Source of the DNA: Camelus dromedarius
Lineage: Eukaryota
Length of the DNA: 64,000 nt
Direction of reading: 5' to 3'
NCBI RefSeq assembly: GCF_036321535.1
Contig: NC_087437.1
Coordinates: 3,162,001 to 3,226,000, forward strand
The number at the start of each line of letters is the position of its first letter. Within the stretch, counting starts at the first letter, position 1. The notes under the pieces are model-generated. The model had not been told where the DNA came from. It did no database searches and saw only the letters and a list, made by a program, of their open reading frames with translations. Position numbers and translations under genes: made by a program. Of this stretch, positions 12,431 through 25,560 are shown one piece after another.

Positions 12431-13104
12431 AGGTTGGGTGCAGTTCCGGGCACGCGCGGTGTTTGATGTGTATTGTCAGGGCTGTTGGTCTAAGGCAGAG
12501 CTCAGAGATGCTCAGAATCTTCCTTTCTTGTTTGAATAAGTGAGGTGTGCTTTGCTCTGACTGACAAGATGGCAGGCCCCCGTATCTTTGTTTTTGTCCC
12601 CAAGCCCAGGTTGCTGCCTCAACTGGACCTTCACCTGGCTTTGCATCACACTGTCCTAACTAAACACGTGTCCTTGACTTTGTCCTCCTCTTGAGCATTC
12701 GTTTTATACCTCTCCCCCCTTAACAAACAAGAACTCTTGGCTTCACTTGCATCTTCTTGTCTCTGACTTTACTGAGTCTTTGAATAGAATTGTGCTTCCC
12801 AGACTTTGTGGGGTTTTTGTCCTCCCAGTTTGGCCAGCTTTATTTCCATCTTCTTTATTTCCTCTTGGGGAACCAAAAACACTGGATCCTAATTATAGTC
12901 GTGGATCGACTTAGACCATCAGGGTTATAGGAATAAAATTGTCTAATTTGTTCTTTATAGACCCAGAGACACCCGGCAGGGAGCACACTGGAATTTCTAG
13001 CAAGGACTATTGATTTCCAAGCCCTCCTACGTAGACAGCGCACTCTCCCGCACCTAACAGTACCTTCAACACAGCCTTTCTGAGAAGCCATCTTCCTTCC
13101 TGTG

Positions 13105-13230
13105 CTGTTAGCCGTGTGATCTTGGGTAAGAGGGTAAGAGCAGTTCCCTGATCAAGATGCTTATAGCTGCCATCTAAAGCTGAGGGGTTAAGTGGGATGG
13201 GGCACTAATAGGTGCCTGATCGACACCAGC
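13105..13230 (+). mobile_element. MIR fragment
   Basis: tagccgtgtgatcttgggtaag...cagttccctgatc resembles the MIR core. Confidence 0.45.
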
Positions 13231-13582
13231 CCTTCGTAAGCACTGCTGTCCTCCTTATTTTGGACTGTGTTCACTACATTGTTAATTTGAGGAAATATAC
13301 ATAATGCCCTCCTGCTGGGACACCCAGCGAACCAAGAACTTTTATATAGGAGCGAATTTGAATAACATTCTCCAAGAAAGAATTAGAGGCAAGGTCGGGG
13401 CAGAAGGAAAACCTAGGGGGTGGACTCTCACGAGAGAGCTTTGACTGTTCAGTAGAAACTCCATTTGGCACCAGGCAACTGTCCTGGACTCTCCTTCTGT
13501 CATTTCTTTGTCCAGGTCCCAGTGTTCCAACCCAACATGCTGAGGTTACTTCCAGGATTAACATTACACTTTTATATCTCTT

Positions 13583-13662
13583 CTGCTGCTTCCTCCTCCT
13601 CCTCCTCTTCCTCCTTCCCATCTTCTTCCTCCTCCCTAGACTCCTTTTCCTTTTTTTTTTTT
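13583..13662. repeat. (TCC/TTC)n and poly-T low-complexity tract
   Basis: tcctcctcctcctcctcttcctccttccca... seen directly. It explains the RRKRRRRRK and SSSSS ORF artefacts. Confidence 0.85.
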
Positions 13663-14051
13663 CGTGTATATCTCACAAGAAGGGTTGTGGCCGATGTACG
13701 GATGTAAGCTATTTTCCTGCTTACTTAGACCAACCTGAGATCACTGGATGATTCTTAAGACACACTGACCTTTTATAGTCTACTTGAAGTTATTTATTCC
13801 CTCTTTGTGTTAAATTTGCAAATTTCTTCATCTGCCAGATAATTATGACCTGTTCACACTCTTATAAGTGAGCATGGTACCTTATGATGTGTTTGTCTGC
13901 ATTTGATTTCTTACCAGCACATGTCCTGCTGGTTACTCATTAACCTGGCGTATTTATTGTCAATCTTATCTGACTTTCATCACCACACAGTTGTGGGCTG
14001 ACTCCTCACGTTTCCCTAGGTATTTGCTGAAACTTTGTGGACGAGGGGAGA

Positions 14052-14428
14052 GTGCATTTTCATTTGCTGTTGCTGTTGGAACCAATTACCACAAACTTAG
14101 TGGCTGAAACAGTACAGATTTATTATCTTAGATTCTATATACATCTCACATGAGTCTCAAGGACAAAAACCAAGAGGTTGGCAGAACAGTGTTCCCTTCT
14201 GAGGGCTTTAGTGGAGACTCCGCTTCCTTTCCTTTGCAGCTGTAGAGGCCAGCTGTGTTCCTTGGCTTGTGGCCCCTTCCTCCATCTACACACCAGTAAT
14301 GAATGACAAGTCAAGCCCTTTTCATATAACGTCACTCTGACCTACTGTTTGGCCTCCCTCTTCTACTCTTAAAGACTCTGATGATTACATTGGGCTCACC
14401 AGAATAATCCAGGATAATCTGCCTATTT
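14052..14428 (-). mobile_element. MLT1C/D-like LTR, truncated next to an L1
   Basis: ttgctgttggaaccaattaccacaaacttagtggctgaaacagtacagatttattatctta...gattacattgggctcaccagaataatccaggataatct is reverse-complement MLT1. Confidence 0.85.
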
Positions 14429-15158
14429 TTCTCCACATCCTTGCTAACGTTTGTTACTTCTTGCCTTTTTGGCAATAGCCATTCTAACAGGTATGAGGTG
14501 ATAGCTCATGATGGTTTGAATTTGAATTTCCTTGATGATTAGTGACGTTGGGGACCTTTTCATGTACGTGGTAGCCACGTGTATGTCTTCTTTGAGATCC
14601 TCTGCCCATTTTTAATTGGATTGTTTCTTTCTTTCTTTCTTTTTTTTTGGCTACTGAGTTGTATGAGTTCTTTACATATTTTGAATATTAACCCCTTTTC
14701 AGATAAATGATTTGAAAATATTTCCTCCCATTCCATAGGTTGCCTTTTCATCTTGCTGATGATTTCCTTTGCTGTGCAGAAACTTTTTCATTTGATAGAG
14801 TCTCATTTGTTTATTTTTGCTTTTGTCACCTTTGCTTTTGAAGTCAGATCCAAAAAGTTACTGCTAAGACTGATGTCAGGGAGCTTACCACCTGTGTTTT
14901 CTTCTAAGAATTGTGTGGTCTGAAGCCTTACATTCAAGTCTTTAATTCGTTTTGGGTTAATTTGTGCATACAGTGTAAGATAGTGATGTAATTTCATGAT
15001 CCTACATGTGACTGTTCAGTTTTCCCAGCACCATTTATCGTTGAGAGAGCCCTTTCCCCACTGTGTATTCTTGGCTCCTTTGCTGAAGATTAATTGGCCA
15101 CAGACATGTGGGTTCATTTCTGGGCTTGCAGTTCTGTTCCACTGATGTCTGTTTTTAC
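14429..15158 (-). mobile_element. L1 ORF2 internal fragment
   Basis: Minus-strand ORFs MKRQPMEWEEIFSNHLSEKGLIFKI and INPKRIKDLNVR...LEENTG are L1 ORF2. Confidence 0.95.
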
Positions 15159-15459
15159 GCCCTGCCACACTCACTGAATTCTCCTCTCTGACTTTTATGG
15201 CGGCCTTGTCTTCTTTTCATTGGGTCGGTATCAAACCCCATCTCTCCTCACGGGCCCTTGACTTTCCTTAGGTTTCATGGTTTTTAACCCCTGACCTCAG
15301 TTCTCTGATTTGTTTAAGAAAGGTTATGAATGTTCAGCTTACTTGGCTTCATCTGATTGTTAGAGTAGAAGCAGCGCTTTTCCCAGCTTTCAACATTGTA
15401 GGCAGAAATCCCTATTTCAAAAAGATTTGAGGAAGGTAAATTTCTTCCATTCTCTTTTA

Positions 15460-15590
15460 TGATTGATTGCTTCATTCATTCATTTATTCAACTAATGCTG
15501 ATTAAATGTCTTCTCTCATGTACCAGCAATGGTTCTAGTTTCTACATATATAAAAATAAAGAAGACAGGCAGGTTCTTGGTTTCATGGAG
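15460..15590 (-). mobile_element. L2 3' remnant
   Basis: ttcattcattcatttattcaactaatgctgattaaatg resembles the reversed L2 tail. Confidence 0.5.
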
Positions 15591-15759
15591 GATCCATTTG
15601 GACATTTTCTGTTTATTTTGCTGTTAAAATTCATCATAAATTAAAAAAAATCTGTAGTATATATATAAAGGAAAATGTAGGGAAACAAGTTATTTCATAT
15701 TTTGCAGATTAAGGTATTAATTAGCACACTCACTTCAAAAGATAGACAAGACTGAATTT

Positions 15760-16050
15760 ATACACATTAAGAAAATAAATCCCCTGTGACCCAGGGATTT
15801 CTCTGTCTCTGCGCTGGAGAGATACATGGGCCTGTTCACAAGGAGAATGTCCCAAAGACATACACTGCCACATTGTTTTAGGGAAAAATTAGGGGGAAAA
15901 ATAATCTGTCAATAGGAGAATATATTCTATTTTGTGTCCATACTATGAAATAATATGCAAACAGATGTTATGGAGTAGATCTATGGGTCGTGACCTAAGT
16001 ATCTCCAAGACAAAATATTTTTTAAAAGGTGTAAGATGAGATATGTAATA
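15760..16050 (+). mobile_element. Old L1 (L1M-type) 3' remnant
   Basis: cccctgtgacccagggatttctct...ctgtcaataggagaat...tccatactatgaaataatatgcaa resembles a decayed L1 ORF2 end. Confidence 0.5.
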
Positions 16051-16499
16051 TGAGACCTCTTAAATAATTTTTAAAAGCCCAAATTTGTTAAATGATGTTA
16101 AATGATGAATACTTGAAATAACTGAACGTTATCTGACGTAACAGATTTTAATGATGCTGGTGGGGAGGAAGAGACCCTCAGAAAGCTACATTCACATACT
16201 CACTGAGAAACTGGATGTCCACATGAACTCCTAAACTAAGCAGATAGAGGATTACACCTTGTAACTTGCCGGTCTTTTCCAACTCCAGGATTATACAAGC
16301 CTATTAAAAGACAAAAGCAAAAGAAGACTTGAACTTGTATTTCTAATCTTAACGCTCAAGTAAGCAAATGTGCTCCCTTAGCCCCAGCACACAAGCACAG
16401 CTCAAGTTCTAGCAGGAAATGTTGTCACTGAGAGAGTTAACTAAATTAGAAAGACATAAAATGGACTATGATGTGGACCTATGGTTTCATGGAGCTTTA

Positions 16500-17003
16500 T
16501 TTTAGCAGTTTGTCCTAAACCTTAGTGGCATAAATCAGCAAAGGTTCTTGGTCTCATACTGTGTTCTTAGGCCAGGAATTTGAGGGCTAAGTGTTGCCGG
16601 ATGGGTCTGGTGTAAGGTCTCTCATGTGCTGACAGTCAAACAGTGATCCAGGCTGTGGTCATCTGAAAGCTTGACCGGGGCTGAAGGATGTGCTTCTCAG
16701 GTAGCCAGCTGACGCAGATGGTTGGCTAGTGCTGGCTGTAGGCAGAAGGCCTCAGTTCCCTACCATGTGGACCTGCCCGTAGGAACATCTGGTCGCCCTC
16801 CTACTTGGCAGTGGTTTCCACCAGAGCAAGGACCTGAGAGAGAGCAGAGTTGAGTCTGCAACATCCTTATGACCTGGCCTCGGGGCCACACAGCATCATC
16901 TCCACTGCGTCCTGCTGAGGGGGTGGTCGGCCCTGTTCAGGGTAGGAGGGGAGCACACAGGGGCTGGGAGTCATTGGAAACTGCCATGGGTGTCAACCAT
17001 CAC
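16500..17003 (-). mobile_element. MLT1F/G/H-like LTR
   Basis: aaaccttagtggcataaa...ggccaggaattt...ggctgtggtcatctgaaagcttgaccggggctgaaggat...ggcctcagttccctaccatgtggacc...caaccatcaca. Confidence 0.8.
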
Positions 17004-17269
17004 AGGGCTGTTTTCAAGCTCATGGCTTTCCAGCCACATTTCTAAAGTGAGTGGTAGGTAGAATTAACCAGACAGTGAGAAAGATCTCTAATTCCATCAC
17101 TTTTTACGGCATGGTCAGTAAGTAAAAATTGAATTTTTCCATTACTTTTCTTGCAAGTCAATTATATTCAAATCAACTATTTCACAGTTGCCTGTAACAT
17201 GCAGAGATAGGAGGCAAAAACTCACACACCTGGGGTTATAGGGTTTGCAGCTGGCTTTGCACACGTTGT

Positions 17270-17425
17270 CATGTAAGCTGTTCAGGAATCCTGCACAAAG
17301 TAAAGTTTGTTGCATATCATGGATGACAAAACTGAGGAGAAATGAAATGCTCACAGTTACATGCCCAGGCAGTAAGTAGTGTTATCAGGATTTGAACCCA
17401 GATGCTCTGTCCCCAGGTGTTCTTT
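17270..17425 (-). mobile_element. MIR SINE
   Basis: ggatgacaaaactgagg...aaatgctcacagttaca...gtaagtagtgttatcaggatttgaacccagat. Confidence 0.65.
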
Positions 17426-19669
17426 GCACAAAACTGGGAGAAAAGGTATTTCCTCTTTATTTCTCTCATTCTCTATCTGCTAATGTGACATTAATTTTCT
17501 CGAACTTAAGAAAATAATGACTACAGACATACTTATTGCTCTGAAAACAATGCAGTGGTTGTGACTCTCAGTCCACAAACTTGCGAGTAAGAAATTTAAC
17601 TAGCTTTACTTTCTATAATACAATTTAATGTTTATAACCATAGTCCCACAAAGCTAACAGGAAGCTTTAACATCTGTCTTTTGGGGGCTCCCTGAACTCA
17701 CCTCATGCCCTGTTTGTCTGGGGTCTTGTTGGGCAAGGAGCAGGGACCGTGTGGTGCACCAAGGCCCCTGAGAGTTCCTTTGCCTCATGGCCTCGGGGCA
17801 GGACTGTGCAAGGCTTCCGTGTCTGGTGTGGACATGGAGACTTTTGTCACGATGTCACCCCCATTGGCCCTCTCTCCTGCATGGATTTGTGTGCCCCCCA
17901 CTCTCCAGCACCCCACAGCACTGGTAATGTGGGGTTCTGTTCCCTGAGCTCTGAGCTCCCCTACACCTCTCTGACTGTGCCCACAATCCACAGCCTTACA
18001 GGAACGTGTGCCCCCTTCCTCCAGTGCTGGGCACGCCTTTCTTCCTCTCCTTGCTTCCTTCTAACCTTGGGAATCTCTGGCTATGTATACTGAGACCCCT
18101 TTACCTCCTGCTTTAGTTGAAGAATTATTATGAAAACAAGATGGATGGATTCTGGATCTTTGCAACCAAATCCAGGAAGACCTGCCAACCATCTCCCTTC
18201 CCCACCACATCCCTCTTTAAAGGAGGGAGCCCTGGTAGACCCCTGACAAGGGACCAGAGCAGGAGAATGTAGGAATCACTCTGTTGTAGTTTGTGGCTTC
18301 TAAAAGTGTCTAGGAGGTTTTTTTGAATGTTCACCTTTTCTGGGCACCCGGGACTTAACGTTAGCTGACCAAGCTGGCTGTGTGGTTTTTTCTTTTTCTT
18401 TTCTTTCTTTCTTTTTTTTTTTGCTCCAGGCAGAGGCTAACAACTGTAAAATTATATGTTCTGATTAATATTTTAAAGCAAAGTTTGTTTTTTAATTAAA
18501 TGTCATTTAGTTGTATGTGGAAGGATGGCACCCAGCCAATAGAAGGGTTCTCATTAACTGTCAAGACGCTTTTAGGAAGACTCAAATAGGGAAGGTTCAA
18601 GTTCTAATCGTATCCAAGACCGGGCTGAATACGGTAACACCACATTGAATGTCTAAATCCTTAGCTTGTATGGTTCTAACTGCATGTTAATAAAATGTCT
18701 GGCTTGGGGCAAGGAAAAGTGACTCCAAGATTTCCTGATTTCCTATTATTTATCTGCACATCTGGGAGGTTTCATTTTCCGCCCAAGGCTGTAATAACAT
18801 TTTCCACCCCGCTCACTTGTCTTTAAATGCGACCTTTCTACACCCATGGGTATTAGAGGCAGAATCTGTGCCCCTTTTCGTGTAGCTAGGCGCGCCTTTT
18901 TGACTGAGTACAGTGGAATGTTACTCGGTGGCAGTGACATCCGTCCTCTGGCGGCCTTAGGGCAGCTGCAGGTTCTGCCTCGCTTCCTCAGGAATGCTTG
19001 CTCCTGGGTATCAGTCACCCTGCTGTGAGGACTCCCGGGCCTTGTACAGAGACCACTTGTCAGTGTGGCACCAGCTACCACGAGGTGAGTGAAGACGCCT
19101 TCAGGGAGACACTAGCCACAGACAGATTCGGCTGCGCCTTCACAGGAGGTCCTGAGTGAGAATCCCGAAGCCAAGCCCAGAACTGTGGGAGATAAGCACC
19201 ATAAATGATGACTTTGTCCATACTATTAAGTTTAGGGTGGTTTTTTTCAGACAGACATAGGGGACTACAACAGCACATCGGCCTGGGGGCGAAAGCAGCC
19301 CAAACTCAAGGTGTCAGAGTCGTTGGAATCACCTGCTTGTGGTTTCCCTGCAGCTCCAGATGCTAGCTGTTCCGTTCATCTCTTCATCTTGCCGTAAATA
19401 CTGGGAAGGCACAAGTGCCCCTGTCACATGCATCTCTGCAAAGTTATTCTCTGATGAGGTGCAGAATAATGTGTCTTCCCAGTGCACCAGGAGAAGGAAG
19501 AGCACAGCTTCCCAGGGGCCACATCTCTGTGCGTTTTGCAGCAGGTACTGTGTGATTCGTTCATGGCCTGATAAGGTGGCAGTGAGGAGAGAAACCCACA
19601 AATGACAGCTAAAGTCCTCCCCCTGGACTTGCGTAAATCTGGGAAGTGCTCAGATTTCAGCTCATTTCG

Positions 19670-20150
19670 GAATCCAGTTTGCTTCTGTTTCTCTTCAATA
19701 ATAAACCGTCCAAAGTATAGTGGCTGAACGCAGCCTCGGTGTATTTAACTCAGGTGTGGCCAGCAGTGATGCTGTGCTTAGCTGAGCAGTTCTGGTCTCA
19801 GGTGAGAGCCTTCCCAGGTGTCTGCTCTGTGCAGTAAGGCCTGGCTGGTGACAAGGGCAGTGAGGACAGCTGGGCCACGTGCTCCCTGGCTCCTCAGCAG
19901 ACTAGCCTGGCATGAGTCACATGGCATCAGTAGGGCCCCAAGGGGAAGAGCAGATGCATGCAAGTGTTGTAGTCATGGCTTAGAGTCGGCACCAGTGACT
20001 TCTGCCGCATCCCGTTGCCTAAAGGAAGTCACAGGCCAGCCCAGAGGCAGGGGTGGGGAAACAACCATACCTTCTGATGAGATGAGTTGAAAAGTCACAT
20101 TGTAAAGGGTGTGGGACACAGGGAGGGGTAAAAGAAAGTCCACCTTGCCA
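19670..20150 (-). mobile_element. MLT1H/I/J-like LTR
   Basis: aataaaccgtccaaagtatagtggctgaac...aagtcacaggccagcccagag...gaaaagtcacattgtaaagggtgtgggacacagggagggg. Confidence 0.75.
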
Positions 20151-20616
20151 TCACTTAGTCCTGGTCTTGGGTGACCAGGAGGACACACCTTTGTGCTAGT
20201 TCTGTGGGTCAGGCTCTGGAGGGTGGCTAAGGAGTAAATAAGCCGGGTGCTGGCCACTTATTCACAAGGCTGAAGTCATGCTCGGGAAAGATGTACCTCC
20301 CTGCTTGTCAGCAGTTTTCAAATCACAAATTCCACAGATATTTACACTTTGTATTTTGGTACTGTTTGCCCTCTCTCAGATGTTAGCACTTCCTCTCCAC
20401 ACCCCCACACCCTGACTGCCTTTGGGTGAATCATGTGGACTCTTCGCGGGGCCGACAACTGTGTTCCACATAATATAAATACTGGTGATAAAATAACCAC
20501 TCTCAGATCTTCTGCTGGGTGGTAAAATCAAGGAGTCTCAAACTGTCAGTGCTAGGAGGGGATTTCACCCAACTGCTTCAACCCTGTTGGGATGGGTTAA
20601 TTAATAATGGAGGGTG

Positions 20617-20672
20617 TGAGAGAGAGAGAGAGAGCAAGACAGAGAGAGACAGAGACACAGCCGAGAGACAGG
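20617..20672. repeat. (GA)n microsatellite, degenerate at its 3' side
   Basis: gagagagagagagagagcaagacagagagagacagagacacag seen directly. Confidence 0.85.
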
Positions 20673-20859
20673 AACAGAGGTTGACTCTAGGTACTGCAAG
20701 AGATAAAACAAGATGAGAAAAAGAGGACTGAGATGTCCTGTGTCAGAAAGTCTGTCTTACAAACTCAGATGCTCAGAGATGGAGTCAAACCTTCAGAAGC
20801 ACCTTAATTTCTTACTCAGTGAGAGGCTAGTTCATATTCATGTTTGTCGTTCTTTTCAC

Positions 20860-21000
20860 AGCTATCATTTGATCACTGCATAATGCCCCGGCAATTAGTA
20901 CAGAATTTACTTAGCCATTTCCCTCTTGTTCAATATTTATATTGTGTCTAGTTTCTCATCATTACAAATAGTGCTGCAGTAAATGTTTCTGAGCAGAGTA
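20860..21000 (-). mobile_element. Old L1ME-like fragment
   Basis: aatttacttagccatttccctcttgttcaatattta...attacaaatagtgctgcagtaaatgtt. Confidence 0.55.
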
Positions 21001-21349
21001 CATTCTCCCCAACTTGTGTATGCGCTTCAGGAGGGCAGAGAGTTGTTTATCTTATGTTTCTCCAGTGCCCAGAGCAGAGCCTGGTGCAGAGTATGGACCT
21101 AACAATGTTTTTTGCATATCTTTCCTCACATTTTAAATCCTTTACTTGGGAAAGTGTACCAGATGTCTATGCCTTCAACGTGTTCTTATCCAAATATTCC
21201 TGTAAGAAGAAGAACAAATGACGTGCACAGTCTTTCTTCAATTGTGGAGGCGATTATGGGCCAAACTTCCTTGGACTTTTGTTCTCTGGAAAGAAACAGG
21301 AACTAAAATAGAGTGGGGCTGACAGAGAAGAGAGAATTAGTGTCCTTCT

Positions 21350-21535
21350 CAGCTGTCGCATGCCAGGCATGATATTGGGTCACCTCACGTCATCCCCACA
21401 GTGCCACAGTGCGGGTGAAGTTATGCCCATATCCACCCCTCTGGGCAGTGGTGCAACTTGCCCAAGTCCAAGGTCACCCAGCTGGCCAACAGTAGAGACA
21501 GGATTTGAGTTCAAATGTGTCTGATTTCAAACTAC
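21350..21535 (-). mobile_element. MIR SINE
   Basis: tgccaggcatgatatt...caacttgcccaag...aaggtcacccagct...agagacaggatttgagttcaaatgtgtctgatttcaa. Confidence 0.7.
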
Positions 21536-24500
21536 TTTCATATTTTACCTTTCTCACCTCCTGGGAACCCAGTTGGATGTAGAAGGTAGAAAATGCTCCA
21601 GGTCAACCTCAACAACTTTGAATTTCATCCCGTGTTCAAGGAAGCTTTCAGTCTGAGGCCAGGATGCTTAGACCCAGGGTTGGAGGTGCTCGTTCAGGGA
21701 TGGTTATCTCTGTGGGTTGCTGACCTATTCTGTTGTGACTCTGTGTTACCTTAATAACCTGGTCTCTTTTACCGATCATTGGGGTCAAAGCTGCATCTAT
21801 AAAGCTGAATATTCCACCTTGACTGTTTGTTTCAGTTTGAAGCTTTCAATACATTTGCAGATTTGGGGGAGGTTCCGGGGTTCCCCTCTGTGGATACTTT
21901 GTGCTTTGGGGATGCTGCCCTGAGGCTCTACTGAGACGTCTGTCCTCTGATGTCACTCGCAGCCTTGCTGTGAGATGAGTGGCCTAGTGTGACTTAGGTC
22001 CCTCCACGGACTGGTGCCTGCCCCCACCATCCTGGCCCCATCCATCTCCATTCTGTGCATCTCCTCAGTTTGGAACCTCACTGGGCAATTGGTCAACAAG
22101 TTTTTGCTTTGCAAACCAGAAGTGTTCTTACTAGTCTACTGTTCTACACCTGAGACCAGAGGTCTGAGGCACTTAAATATTATTCCTTAATATTCTCGGT
22201 GGTCTTCTGCCTTGGGGACCTGGTGTTTCTGTTACCCACTGAAAAGGAAAGCGTGCACTCGACTTTGACTGGGTGGATGGAATCTGATTCTCATCCAGGT
22301 CCTTCTGGGACACTTTCTATGTTTCTGTTTCCCCTCTCACTTCGGATGCTTAGTCTGATTTGGCATGAAACTCACCTTTCTTTCCTCTTTTCCTGGAACC
22401 CCCCTCCCTGTTTCGTTGGCTCCTGGCTTAGTTTCTTTTGAATCCCAGAATGGCCTGAGCTCAGGGCCACTAGTCAGTGTGCCCAGACTAGGTGCTGACA
22501 CTGAGCATTTACTAAGTACCTACTGGCACTCCCAAACCCAAGAAAATATTTGTGAATATACCACATTTTATATCCCAGAATGTTTTGCAAGGTGTTCTCC
22601 TGTATTTGAGGAGCGAGCCCGTGGCTGAGTCCTGTCTTTGGAAAGAAGCAGTGGCCCAGCGTCTCCTTCTCTTCTCTTCCATTGACATGTAACTTTGGCA
22701 GAGACATGGTTCCACTTCTGTCCCTGTGTAGGGTCACAAGGCAGCTCATTTTGCCTGGATTGTGTAGATTTCTCTCTTCTGCAGTGGTGTACATGGTTTG
22801 GAGTGATTGGCCAGGACCTTATTGTGAAAGGCAGGAAAGTGCAAAAATAAACCTGACCCCATTTCAATCAGGAAAGCAGCATGAGCGTTTGGAGAATTCC
22901 ATGCACTGCCTGAATGCTGGCTGACTGGCCTGCTGTGGGCCTGGCTGGTAGAAGCAGGTCCTTCCTCTCAGGCCCTGAACAAATGGCAGAGGCCACCTGC
23001 AGGGGCCCTAAGGAAGCCCACGTCCCTGCACCGTGTTACAGGGTCTGGGTGCCGACTCTGCTGATCAGAGCCCCCGCTGGCATCTTGAATGACCTCTGCC
23101 CTTTGTCTCATCTCTGCTTCCTCCTTCACGATCCATATGGGCCCCTCGGAAACCCCTCTAGATGATTCCTCTCTGTGGGATGTAGTGAGCCCAGCCTAAG
23201 TGTGCCTTCTCTGCCCACCCGCATCGACCGCCCATCATTCTTGCATAGGACAGAGCGGCCGCTTGTCAGGCACGTCCACCCTTGCCTTCTGCCTTCTCCC
23301 ACCACTGCCAGCATGGGTCCCCCATAGACATCCATCGTATCACTTATTCCAAATGTATATCCAGCCATGTCTCTCCTTGATCAGAACCTTTATCGTGAAA
23401 TTAAGGCCACACCCTTAGGCTGACATCCAAATTCCCCCTAGTTGTAACCCTGGTATTTCTTTTGTCGATTATCTCCAACCAGCCCCTACATGGGCCACAT
23501 CAGTGGGAGACACATGGTGGGGAGGCCTTGCTCAGGATCAGCAGCCCTTGAGACCTACTGCGCTCAGCAGAATTGAGAGAGGCCCTACTTTTCTGGCCAT
23601 CAAATATTTTGGCAAGTAATGCCTCAGAGCCCTTCTAGCCCTGGCATTTTAAGTGTCCATCAAATTAAAACATTGGTACCTTTAGGCTCAAAATCCTGAA
23701 TAGTCTTTCCTTTTTGGCCAGTAATGGATTGATGGAATGTGACAGAAGGAGCGAGATTTGTGCAAAACCGTTTCTTCTGTCACTTCTGTCAGGAGGCTAC
23801 AGCCCCAGAGCAGTGCCCGTTCCACCACTGATCTGTCCAGAAGCAGCCACCACATGCTCAGTACTTGTCAGGAGCGGAGAACATAGAGATTTTTAAGGTA
23901 AATGGACCCTGTCTTCAAGCAGCTTGCCATGTAATGGTGGTAGAGACAGTGGCCAGAGAGGGTGCTGTGAGCTGCAGTAACACTCGGGCACGGGGAGCTT
24001 GCACAGTGAGCACAGACTCTCAGGCTGCTTAGGAAAGGTTTCTGGGGGGAGAAGATGAAATGCACACACACACACACTAGACAGCCTGTGTGAAGACTGA
24101 ACACTCATGCCCAGGGCTCTTAGCACCCAAAGCCTGCTCCAGTCCTCGACTTGACATTTGCTCTTCCACAGTGGAGAGAGGGCAGGCAGCCAAGCTGAAG
24201 ACACTGGCTGCTTCTTCACTAACCCTTGGAATGATCATCTGGGTGTGTCTCAGCAGCAGTCATGCTGGGGAAGGGTCTAGAAGGCCGCTGAAGATAGTGA
24301 CTTGCATGGCCCATGTGTCGGGGTGGAGCCGCCCTTGTGGGAGCTGAGAGATGGGGGCAGGGAGAGACTATGGAAGAAGATTATTCCAGTGCTTTCGTAA
24401 TTAAATTTGAAGACTGGGGAGTGAAAGCAAAATATTAGAAAATAGAAACAAGACAACAGAGCAAGAAGAAAATAGTGACCTCCTTTCAGCAGTAATAGCA

Positions 24501-25289
24501 ATGCTGTGGCTCCCTCCTGCCTGCAGAGTGGATGCAGGGAGCCGGATCTCAGTGGGAGAATTCCGGGCCCAGGTCAGCAGCTCGGGTGCCAGGTCTTGGC
24601 TCAGGTTGCTGTGCTGGTCCCGTAAGGTATTACAGATGCCTTGGTCTTAAAGACACTGCACAGAGTTTAACCTTTAATGAGTTTATTTTTACTTCAGGAG
24701 CAAGTCCTGGCCCAGCTGTCTGTGTCTTTTCTAACTCAATCAAGCCCAGTCTCCTGTGGGATAACTTTAAAAGTTAAAAACATATCCAAGGTAGCACGTG
24801 GGGGTGGTTGTTTTTAAAATTTCTTTCTTTCTTTCAGAGCCAATTTTCAAAACTCCACAAAGAGAATAAATACATCTTAAGCTCTTTGGAAATGTCTTGT
24901 CAGGAGACTTTGGAGAGGATTGTGTTTAATTGACTATGGGGCTCACAAGTTCAATTTAAATTCCAAAGTGTAATGGAGTTAAACCTTGCACAACTTTATC
25001 TTACTGATTTTTCTTCTTGGTTTTTGGTTAAAAAGAAGATGGAGAAGAAAAAATGAAAACTTCCAAGCTATCACTTTTCTTTGTGAAATTCAAGCTATGA
25101 AGCTGGTAGTCCTCATGCCTTATTAACAAAATATTACCCATTTCTACCGCCAAATGCCCATTTCATTTCTCAACTCCGCTAATTACTTGATTGGGCTGAG
25201 AAGAGAGCAGGAGGTAACTGCTTTCTTCCAAACACTTGCTGAGTCGAAAGAAAATTGGAAGGTTGAAAACCTCCTTCCTGGGACTCCCA

Positions 25290-25560
25290 GCAACCTCACA
25301 AAACTCTCACCTCCCAGGCAGCTCCAGGGTCACCTCTTCCAGAAAGATGTTCTTACCACCCTTCACGGGCTGGGTTAGACCATGCAGCAGGGGGCACTTT
25401 CTAGATCACTGTGTGTGTCTTTAACATCATTCCTAGCCTGTTTTCATATTTCTAAGTGTCTGTTTATGTATCTGACTCTCTTGGATTGTTGTATTCCTGA
25501 GGGTGGGAACCCTGTCCTGTTTTGTCTGCCCGTGATCATGAGCTATGGAACAGAAGAGGT
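25290..25560 (+). mobile_element. L2 remnant
   Basis: agctccagggtcacctcttccagaaagatgttcttacc...gattgttgtattcctgagggtgggaaccctgtcctgtttt. Confidence 0.55.
25384..25398 (+). promoter_or_regulatory. CTCF-like motif
   Basis: GCAGCAGGGGGCACT differs from the core consensus CCASYAGRKGGCRS only at the first position. This is a motif match only. Confidence 0.35.

Noticed and set aside
13306..13322. CTCF-like motif (CCAGCAGGAGGGCA on the minus strand)
   Set aside because: The spacing is off by one from the core consensus, so the match is too weak.
13274..13707. Basic (RRKRRRRRK) and poly-Ser ORFs
   Set aside because: They are translations of a (TCC/TTC)n low-complexity tract.
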